Shown: one piece after another, positions 1 through 11,300 of the stretch
Numbering within the stretch: the stretch's first letter is position 1
How the letters are laid out: the number at the start of each line of letters is the position of its first letter
Assembly (NCBI RefSeq): GCF_006345805.1
Contig: NC_043001.1
Span: 37,262,001 to 37,326,000 of the forward strand
Direction: 5' to 3'
DNA length: 64,000 nt
DNA from: Octopus sinensis
Taxonomy: Eukaryota
Notes under the pieces: generated by a model
Database searches by the model: none
What the model saw: only the letters and a program-made list of their open reading frames with translations
What the model was told of the DNA's origin: nothing
Position numbers and translations under genes: made by a program

Positions 1-1111
1 AAACTTAGCAAGTCAACTTTTGAACATGCCAACAGTGTTTTACTCTATTGGCATGTTCAAAATAGCGAGAAATTAAATACTTAAACCAATATACTAAACC
101 TGATCCTAGTAACAGTGCGTGTCTCCTGTTTCCATACAGATATGTAGATGAGAGGTGATATTGATCTATCATAGCTTTTTACACAGTACCTTTTCTTAAG
201 CTGTCCAAAACCTACTGATTTAGCTGTGGTGGAAGAGTACCTTAGACCAAGCTAACAAAAATTAGAGGGTTGTAAACGAAACTTAGTGATTGCTTCAATA
301 CTGCATGACACAGAATGTAGTTTAAACTGAGTTTTGAAAGTGCATATAACTAAGAAAATTTGAGAAAGGTAGGCATAATAGAATATTTTTCAGAAGATAT
401 TCACGTTGAAAATATTGAAAATAATGTCATAAAAAAAAATATTAAGCAAAATATCTAAAAAAAAAATCTCTAAATAAATTTAATGAAAAAATTATGTAAC
501 CAAACACAGAATTTGTTTTAAATGATTTATCTCAAGAAAAAAAAAAAAGAATTGTCAAAACGGTAGAAAGTTGAATGACATGTAAAGAAGATGATAGGAT
601 CATCACTTTCATTGTTTAAATGAAAATTACAAATAAGTCCCCACTTTTATGACAAAATTGAAAGATTGAGTATGGAATCATCATTGTTTAAACTTTTGTG
701 TGTAGCTGTTTAAAAGAGAAAATCAAGTCAACTTAGAGAAGCCAACTCTGATTTGAAATGGAATATACAATGCATTACCAAATTGTCCATTTTTCTCTCT
801 GGTTGGATGTATTTATTGATAGTGAGTAAGGAGGTTAAAAATATACAATGCAGTAAGGTGTCAGAGATGAAAAATTTCTCAAAACATACCCAGATACTAA
901 TAAGGCAAAAAAAAGACAGGTCGTGAAAATAAGAGAGAGAAACAAAAATACTTTGAAGAAAATTAACTGAACTCTAAAACCTCTGGTTCAAATTTACTTA
1001 TAAAATGAATCAATATTTATTATTGGGGATAATTGGATAAAACTTAAATCATTTACAAAGTTGGGATGGAAGTCATAGACATATATATATGCATGTATGT
1101 ATGTATGTATG

Positions 1112-1159
<48 letters not shown>

Positions 1160-3159
1160 GGCAGTTGAAAATGACACTCAAAATAAAAAAGAAGACAAAA
1201 TACTATTGTAAATATCCTGTATACAAGACTGAGGTACATATGTGCAGTGACATTAATACAAACATTTTGCTCAATAACATGTTTTTGTACAAAAGCATAG
1301 TAAAATAAAATGTGGCAGTTTAATGGAAAATAGTAGTCACTCTATCTATCTGAAAAATGAATAGCTATATCATATGAACATACTTGTTATAAATATGTGG
1401 GAAATAGCAACAAAGGTTTAGCACATCATGTGGGCTACATTACAAATGGTACTTCCTAATCAAGATTCCCACTCATACCTCAACAATCATGACACATCAA
1501 CAAGAAATTTACAGTTTATATAATATTCTTTGTATTTATCCAATGTTTACAAGGAAATTAGTGCTACTAGCCATTCATGTAAAACAGATTTTCTCATGAT
1601 GATCACATATGTCTCAAACCTCAAGATTTGAAATATTTACATTCTAAACAAATAGAAAATATCCAAATGTAATATTTCCTAGATAAGTTCTGCAACTCTA
1701 TTTTCAAAGGATTCCCATACTCTGAAATCTTTCTAACCTTAAAGCACAAACTTAAATTAGCTTAGACAAATTTATTCCAACTTCAATAAATCTTACTAAA
1801 GCTGATCCACTTACCAAAATGACACATCACAGATGATATAAACCTGAAAGAAATAATTCTTTCTAAACATCAAAACTATGCAATTTTTTTCTTCCAATTT
1901 AATAAAGGCATACACTAAAAGGAAAGAAAATTAAATCCCTTTTTAATAGAAATACTACTTCAATGATTTGTCTCTATTTAGTTCAAGTAGTTTTAGTCTT
2001 TATTTAGTTTTAATGAAGAAAAACAAACTTTAAAAATTCTATGACTGCCACTGGTTGAAATTCTAATTCTGAAAATACTTCAAGAAAGTTGCAATTACAA
2101 TAAACTCTTTATACATAAATGGCATAAAGCTGGTAAACACAAAAATATTCACATATCAAGATAACTGGATGACTATGTTTCATCATGAATAAAGATTCGT
2201 TTACATTACATACCTATCAAATCTTGAATATATTTTGCTTAAAGACCCACAATAAACCAAATGTTTAAACCTCATAGATTTATGATGTTATCTTATCATC
2301 ACCTATAGACATGATTTCTATAATGACTTAGAAATAGTAACTCTAAAAAAAATGTTTGTCTAAAAATATTAATAAATTTAGAATTTTGGCAGTATGAAAA
2401 AAACATATTCAATAACAATGGCACAATATAAATTTAGAACAGTGAACCTCCAAACTTTTTATATAAAACATTCATCAACACCACCCTACAACAATAAAAA
2501 TGTATTCTAACATTGCTACAAAGCCACCAAGATTTGAGAGAGAAAAGATTATTGAATCAACTCTAGTACTTCACTATAGTCATTTCATCAATTTCAGAAA
2601 GATAAATTCCAAAGTTGACCTTGGCAGGATTTGGATTAAGAATGTGTAGGAACATAATTAAAATTGTAAAGCATTTAACAGGATACTAATATTTAGACCA
2701 TTCCACTGCAACAACTTTCAGTTAGTCTCAGTTAATCTCTTAATTAGTTACAATATGGCTGGAGTAAAAATCTTCCAGAATCTTACTGGTGTAAATTTGA
2801 TAAACCCTAGATGCCTGAAATTCAAAGTTCGCTCTAAGACTGAACACAAAAACATGAAGTAGTTAACCGGACACTACAAAATATCCTGTATGACATTGCC
2901 ACTTCCTATGGAGTTCACAACAAATATATAAACATGCCCATACGCACATCCAAACACGTATGAATAGATTCATATTCACATATATAACTATATATTGGAA
3001 GTACAGTGGTTGTAAAATGCTTACTCATTGCAAGGTAAGGAGTTCAAATCTGACATTAACTTATAGTAAAAAAGGAGATTGTATTGTTTTTGCACCTTAA
3101 CTCAATTTCTGAGCCCAAAACCCTACACCTTAACCACATATATGAATGCACATGTAAGT

Positions 3160-3197
3160 ACATGTGAGCATGTGCATATATATATATTATATATATA

Positions 3198-3232
<35 letters not shown>

Positions 3233-3350
3233 AATACATACATACATACATACATACACAGACATAAATATGTGTGTGTGTGTGTGCATATATATATATA
3301 TATATATATACATACATACATACATACATACACACATACATATACATCTT
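3160..3350. repeat. Compound (TA)n/(TACA)n/(TG)n microsatellite
   Basis: Directly visible; similar tracts at 1080-1158, 8290-8380, 19690-19725, 20025-20100, 33035-33100 and 45925-46010. Confidence 0.95.
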
Positions 3351-3538
3351 ACACAGATGAACACAGAGAGAGATAGAAAAATGAAACAAAATATTAAAAT
3401 GAAAATGACTAAGTGAAGCTGTTTTAAATGATAAATAAAATGAAACAGCTTTGTTTCTCAAATCTTGTCTTCAGGTCTGCCTTTGATGCCGTGTCAAGTA
3501 AAATAATTTTAAAGCATCATGAGTTAATGTTCATGTAT

Positions 3539-3544
3539 TTTATT
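3539..3544 (-). terminator. Candidate API5 polyadenylation signal AATAAA
   Basis: AATAAA on the minus strand about 170 nt after the stop; many later hexamers exist in the AT-rich flank. Confidence 0.3.
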
Positions 3545-3713
3545 TACAAAGCACTTGGTTGCCAAAAAAGAATGTGGCCATGGTAGATAATCACAGCAGC
3601 AACTATTCTCATACTCCACTTTCAAGATACTTTGTGCTCTTACATTCATCTCGCTTCACCAAAACACTGTTGCTCTTTCAGAATTGAACCACATTTTCTG
3701 CTCCTGAGCCACT

Positions 3714-3892
3714 TCAGAATCTCCGGCCCCTAAATACACTGCCATTGCCTCTGTGTATCCCACCCCCAATGCTACCTGCACCTCCTCCAATGCCTCCGCC
3801 ACCACCACTGCCGCCAATACCGCCTCGACCTCGATTGCCGCGGTTAAAACCTCCAAAACCACCTCTCTGTTGCTGCCAGCCACCACGGTTTA
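3714..3892 (-). CDS. API5: API5 exon 13, RG/RGG-rich C-terminus and stop
   Basis: cttcttgcag|(V)NRGGWQQQRGGFGG...FRGRRF*; TGA at 3714-3716. Confidence 0.93.
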
Positions 3893-6800
3893 CTGCAAGA
3901 AGCAAAAACATAGGTGAGAAATAGTAAAAGAAGGCAAAAATTTTTAAAATTTAAATGATTATTAAGTAAATAAATTTAACTATATCTGAATATAAATATA
4001 TTTGTTCTAAAATAAACTTTGACTACAGAGAGAGTCTGTAGTATTGGTAATGTGATAGCCAAAGTATTGTGCTTTCAATCATTATGGATGTCATTCAACC
4101 AAAATAAAATCAACACTCTTGGAGATTTAAAGTGATTCTTTTTTTAGCATCACTCCATTAATAATAAACAGTGACACATCTGATCAGTTAAACAATTGCT
4201 ATGGAGAAATTCTTCTCTTTATGAAACAAACTGGTACCGCACCTTCTACAATCATGAACACAACTAAAACCCTCAATCATCATTGTTCGACCGTGGTCGA
4301 GACAATGGAATTTACTATGCTACGCTAGACTTCACGGTCCATCATAGCATTACGGAGGTCCTGTTGCTTGATGCCTGTATCCCTGGAGATTACATTAGGG
4401 TAGGATGTAACCCTCAAAGTTACTACAACTGCTACAACTAATAATGTCTATTGATCTCTCATGGTAAACTCACATATATAACATTGCCAAAACTGCATCA
4501 CAGAAACTGGGAAATCTCTAGGATCAAGGGATATTTCAACCCCTAATTAGTTTCTGATCCTTAACAAAACTGAATTGAGGTTCATACTGGGATACTATTC
4601 ACATATCTGAAAATGCTGCTTCACACATGCAGACATGCTAATAATCACATCCAGATAACAGTTAATTGGCTGACTGACAGAAATTTAATTCACCAACAAA
4701 CAACCACTAGCTTACAGTTCTCTCTCTTTTGCCACTTTTCTTAATACTGAAATGGTATTTTCTCTGCAAATGCTATTTACATTTCTTCTAAATCAGGCTC
4801 ACTTATTTCTCTGCAACATGGTAACAATAATATGCTTAAAAACAAAGACAAAGTAAATCAACAAGAGGCACAATTTATAGCAGCAATATATTTGTTCTTC
4901 ATTCTTTTATTACTGTTCTGGTGCTTTACCTTTTGACCAACAGATTTAAAAAATAATTTTTTGTAACTAAACACTTTCAAACTTCATATACTTGTAGAAT
5001 GTGTCACATAAAACATCTTTTACTCTTGGCGTTGTTGAGAAAATTCTGCATTTTCAAAGTTATTTCTTGTTAAAGTTGTCGTATTTCGGTAATTTCAACC
5101 AATCAATGACGTGTATTCAGCTGAATACATTTCATTGATTGGTTGAAATTACCGAAATATGACAACTTTAACAAGAAATAACTTCCAAAATGCAGAATTT
5201 TCTCAAGATTCCTGATATGAAATCGTGTGTTGAAACAGGTATTATTGTATTTCAGGATGGTATTTTTTAACCTTTTTTTTTTTGCCTAAATAAACACACA
5301 CATTATATATTTGTTCTTCACTCATTTATTACTCTTCTTATTTTATCTTATGTCCATTGTCTGGAAATCAGATGCGTGATGAAAGATTTCCGGACAATGA
5401 GACATAGGATAAAATAAGAACAGTAATAAACATGTGAAGAACAAATATATAATGTGTGTGTTTATTTAGCAAAAAAAAAATAAAATAAAAAATACCATCC
5501 CGAAATACAACAATACCTGTTTCAACACACGATTTCATATCAGGAATCTTGCAACACAAATTGATAAATGTAAAGCTATATATTCAATGATCTAAAATAC
5601 CTTGAATGAAAAAAGACAGAAATATTAAATTACCTTGAGGAAATGTCCCTGCTTTTTGGCTGTATTTACCACCAGGCGGAGCATATAAGGCTCTGTCTTG
5701 TTTGGGTGATTTACGATTCGTGTTGTAATCAAAGCCTTCATTGCTGGTGCGCTTTATACTAAAATAGTTTAAATAAAAACATTAACTTTAGATGCTACAA
5801 TATATTTTTTATAAGTTTAGAAAATTAATATCGGCTAAATATATTGATTTCTAACATTGACACAAAATCCCCACCTACTTTTATGGTGAGAAGTGGTTCA
5901 TATAGTCAATTAAGTTCACAGTTATTAACTGGAACTTTATATATTACAACCCCACCGAAAGATGAGAGGCAATGATGATTTCAACAGGAATTGAACTCAA
6001 AAGGGTAATTACAAAAAACTGAAATATATTCTGTACAACCCTAATGATCCTCTTAATTGTTAAATAAACTGATACCAAATCACACACAAATAAACTTCAG
6101 GAATTTTAAGAAACATCTAGACAAAACAGATTTCAGCAGTGCTGTGTGGGGAAAAACAATTATGAAGAAACTTGGTCATTTTCTACTCAATTATGAAAGA
6201 CAAAATATCTCTAAACACTTTATATGTATGTATTAGGCACGGGAATGGCCGTGTAGTTAAGAAGCTTACTTTGCAACCATGTGACTGTGAGTTCAGTCCC
6301 ATTGCACAGTACCTGGAGCAATTTTTTTTTTATTTTTAGTATAGCCCCAAAACCAACCAATGCTTTGGGAGTGAATTTAGTAGATAGAGACTGTGCAAAA
6401 GACTCCTCTCTCTGTGCACATATCTTTGTGTTTGTCCCCCATCATTGCCTGCAAATTTATGTTGATTTCTTTATGTCTCTGTAACGTAACAGTTTGGCAA
6501 AACAGACCAACAGAATAAGTACCAGTTAGAAAGAAAAAAACAAGTACGGGGTTAGGGGTGCAGTTATTTCATTTTCTTTTTTTTTTTATTTGTTTCAGTC
6601 ATTTGACTGTGGCCATGTTGGAGCACCACCTTTAATCACGCAACTCGACCCCAGGACTTATTCTTTGTAAGCCTAGTACTTATTCTATCAGTCGCTTTTG
6701 CCAAACCACTAAGTTACAGGGATGTAAACACACCAGTATTGGTTGTCAAGCGATGTTGGCGGGGAGAAACACAAATGCATAAACACATATATATATATAT

Positions 6801-8287
6801 GACAGGCTTCTTTCAGATTCTGTCTACCAAATCCACCCACAAGGCTTTGGTCAGCCCAAGGCTATAGTAGAAGACACTTGCCCAAGGTACCACACAGTGG
6901 GATTGAACCCAGAACCATGTAGCTGGTAAGCAAGCTATTTACCACACAGCCACTTGGCAGTGCCCCAGTATAGCCATAGTCTGAAGAATAATACAAGTAA
7001 ATGATAACAGAAAAGATAAATAATACATACCCTATGTTTGCAGGAGGGCTTTTACTGGGAATCTGAAAATACAAAAGTAAAAAAGGTCAACAAATCAGAC
7101 TGGAAAAACATGATTACTTCAATTGCAAATTCTAACAGTTAAACAAACAGCATCTCAGTCACAAGCAATACATTAGTGTTAACCCTCATGGAACTTATTT
7201 ATCAGCCTGTCAGCTTTATTCCACAAAAAAAATAGCGTGCATATGCATGTGTGTGTGTCTTGCAGTCTTGACATCATGTGATAGTTGTGTCACTGCCATG
7301 CAAGCACAGTCCTTCATTTCCAATCTTCCATGAAAACATATCTGGTTGTAGGGGAAACATTTTCTTACTTGGAAACAGGGTTGGCAACAGGAAGAGTATC
7401 CAAACATTAGAAAATTTGCCTCAACAAATTCCAAAAAACCCATGCAAGCAAGGAAGAGTAGACATTAAAACCACAATAATGATGATGATACTTCAATTTG
7501 TATTGAGGCTTTGATATATTTTTTCATAAAACCCCCTTTTTTTTAATGTATCTCTTAAATATGGATATGTTTAAAAGCACCAACCGATCGTGGTCGTTGC
7601 CAGCACCCTCTGGCCCCTGTGCCGGTGACATGTAAAAAGCACCCACTATACTCTAGGAGCGGTTGGTGTTAGGAAGAGCATCAAGCTGTAGAAACACTGC
7701 CAAATCAACTGGAGCCTGGTGCAGCCTCCTGGCTTCCCATGCCAGCATGGAAAATGGACATTAAACGATGATGATGATGATGACAAACATTTGTAGGTTT
7801 CATTTCCCAAGTGTTTTTTTTAACTAGAGATTACACACAGATCTTCTCTACCAATGATATAATGATATTCACACACATAAGCTACTAGACAAGATTATAT
7901 TTTTAAAATACAAAACAATATATCTATATATATATATATATATATAAGTTCAGCAAAAATTTAGATTCAAATGAATATGGTACTTAATTTAGATGCACCA
8001 GAATTTTGTATGGTGTTAACCATAAAAATCTGTGGGGTGATTATAATCAAAATAAGCAACAAGAATAACTACAGTAATTTGGTACGATCATTTCGTACGA
8101 CATCATTTTATTAAATGTTGTAAGTATTACAACAGATTTAAGATGCTGAGTACTCATCAGCCAATTATAGAGGTTTTCCATTAATACAAAAATTTTCAAA
8201 TCAAGTGGCAACATTATAGAGAAGGTAGACAAAGATGTGGATTTAAATTTTAAGAACATACCAAATTACCGGAGTTTTTCTTGTTGC

Positions 8288-8327
<40 letters not shown>

Positions 8328-11300
8328 TTGTTTGTGTGTGTGCATGTAAATACACTCACACATACACACACACTCATACTCACATGAATAGGTTTCCAAG
8401 ATAAGTTGACCACTGATTTGTATACTGGAGGAGTATGAAGCAAGTCTTTTATTAAAATATTGATATTAGAAGTTATTTTTAGAGCAATGACCTTGATTTT
8501 GTTCTGAAAAACAAGAAATTGTAACAATCAAAATGATTTATAGCAAAAAGTGAAGAAACATTCTCAAGGAAATTCATTTGTCTGTAAATATGATTATTTT
8601 CTGATACAGCTTTAAAACAGAAGAATGACTAATCTAACATACAATATCAAAACAATACTAACCTCTACATTATTTACATTTGACGGATATTTATCCTCAT
8701 CTTGTTTGTTGTTAACACAACGTTTCAGTTGATATACCCTCCAGCCTTCATCAGGGCATATGGCATAGTGGTTAAGAGTATGGGCTACTAACCCCAAGAT
8801 TCCAAGCAGTGACCTGAATAATAAATTTCCCCTAGACACCTGATGAAGGCTGGAGTGTATATCAGCCGAAATGTTGTGTTAACAACAAACAAGATGAGGA
8901 CAAATATCCGTTAAATGTAAATAATGCAAATAATGTACACAATTCCTCATCTCTTAAATATAAAACTATAATACTAACCTCATCAGTTTTTAGTGCATCT
9001 CCTGTTTTCCCATGTAGTGCAGTCCTCAGTTGTTTAATATACACTTGCACTCCACGTGCAAAATATTGTAATCTATAAGCAAAACATCAATAGAATACAG
9101 TATTTAATAGTTAATGAAATCTCAGCAATCACCAGCTAATTTTTTATCAAATGTCTATAAAGAAATTTTGAGGGCAAGCTTCTGGCTCAGACTAAAAATT
9201 TTCAACTACATTCATGAAACTATTTCTTTCCTTTCAATAAAAAATAGTTTTAAAAATTCTATTTTTAAATCAATTTTACCAGGTATGTAAGTGTATAAAA
9301 ATAAAAATATTCTATCTCGGGAAGGCCTGCAAAGCCATGAATACATTTCTCTCCTCAATACCAAACCATTATGCAAAAAATATTTCATCAACTCATGCCA
9401 GCATGGAGGCGGATGTTAAACAATGACTATGATGACAAACCTAAAATATTTTCTATTTAAAATCCAATTCTACTTTGAAGGAGGAAAAAAACTAAACCAT
9501 TGGAATCTAACAATCTGAAAAATTGGTGGAAAAAATGCTTTTACAAAACAGAAAAGTACCTGCTAAATCCCACATTGTTGTTATGCACAATGTATAACAT
9601 ATTTTAAATCTACTTAATGAAATTTCTCATACACATAAAATATCTTTTATTTATAACAATTCATAACATATCAATTTTGCCTTCCATCTCTGAAGCATCC
9701 ACAAAATACTGGATGTAACACATACTACTGCAATACACTGGAGTTAAAGCAATCAATTACAGAGTCCCACCCTCTTTGTACATTATCAAAAAAAAAAAAA
9801 CTAAAATATCCATACTAATCCCTCTTAAACCAATTCATGTCAGTGAACTGCATGGACACATGACTCCGTAATAAAGAGTTTCAATCCTCTGGTTGTCACA
9901 TTTTACACTATATATTACACACAAAATATTCTCATTTCTTAAAGGCCAACCCAATAAACAAGACCCTCAGCCCTACATTGTTGTGTTTATGCAAATATTA
10001 ACTATCATAAAAGACCCATTCAATAAACAATACTATTCTCTACACGTGGTGATCTATAGAGGCATTAAACATTCTGAAACATACCTCACTCTGAAATCCT
10101 TTAGTCTGTCAGCATTGCTTTCATCTGAGAGAAAAGACGGACATTTACGGCCTAGCTGGTGGAATGTAAACATTAAACATTCAACGTAAGAAAACTGTAA
10201 TTTGTGTTCTTCAGATGATGATTCTCCAGCTGTATCATCATTCTCTTCTGATGGTGGTAATGGCATATATTCCTACAAGGAGATAAAATAGATTATCACA
10301 TACTTGATGAAAACCTTATAAACAAATAAATTCTATAACATTCAAAGCCAGTTTTATCACAGATCTTGTCCCCAACCTAAACTACAAAAAGCTTCATTTG
10401 CAAAATGAGAACACAAACTGTGGTTAGTAATATATATTCTATCATTATAACTGTGTCTGAGCAAAAGCACTTAACTCTCAACAGCTGATGGTATATCCCT
10501 ATGACTATATGCAGTGACACAAGTGTACAATTGACAACTAATTTGCAGTGCTCAATTCAAGTTGTCTCATAGGAATCTACTATGGAATCACTCACTACAT
10601 GAAGACATTTTTAATGATGTTATAACAAAGAAATAAAATTATGAGACTAACAAAGCAACCTATCCATTTAAAATCTAGCACCTAGGGAAAGTGCCTTTTA
10701 TCATAAAGTTAGATCAACACAAGCCCTGTGAGTAAAATCAAGTAGAACAAAACTGCGTGTAAGTCTGCACACAGTTTACTAGGGTAGTACACCTAAGCTG
10801 TTTCACATCAGCTCTGGACCCTTTGGGTGTCTTTAGTGGAGTCCACTCTGTTGCAAGCATTCAGACCAAGTATCCAGTCTGAGGGTAACTCAATATTCTA
10901 ACATGCTGTTTACTACTACAGCAACCCATGAGTTGTGGTTTTCTTTTCTCTTTGCCTTACCAGATTCAACTCTACAAAAGTTATCACTCCTCTTCATTTG
11001 ACTAAGCTGGAAAATAATTTTTAAAATCTAATGATATGACTTTCTTTATGGAAAGAGAAACTTCAATAGCATGGATATGCAAGGCGTTGAGTTGGCAGAA
11101 TTGTTAGCATGCAGGGCAAAATGCTTAGCAGCATTTTGTTCACCTACATGTTCTGAGTTCAAATTCTGCTGAGATTGACCTTGCCTTTTATTCTTTCGAG
11201 GTCGATAAAATAAGTACTTGTTGTGTACTGGAGTCGATGTAATCAACTTGACCCTTCCCTGAAATTGCTGGTCTCGTGCCAAAATTTGAAACCAATAGTA

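Larger units (their letters stand above)
8666..8961 (+). mobile_element. Mini Penelope-like element: inverted terminal arm, tRNA-like head, hammerhead and 3' tail
   Basis: 90-bp inverted arms 8666-8755 and 8839-8928 (83/90 identical); homologous to the terminal repeats of the Penelope element at 53425-55050. Confidence 0.85.

Noticed and set aside
994-3461. ORFs rich in YIYIYI and HTHT (also 45783-46372 and 33574-33885)
   Set aside because: These are translations of (TA)n, (TACA)n and (CA)n microsatellites.
3656-3886. 76-aa alternative-frame ORF over API5 exon 13
   Set aside because: It is a by-product of the G-rich exon; a phase-0 entry into the exon meets TAA first, so the frame is not reachable through this acceptor.
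6238-6320. tRNA genes at the A/B-box motifs (also 36000-36073, 53635-53704, 58647-58680)
   Set aside because: No complete cloverleaf was found; each continues into a multi-copy SINE or pLTR body.
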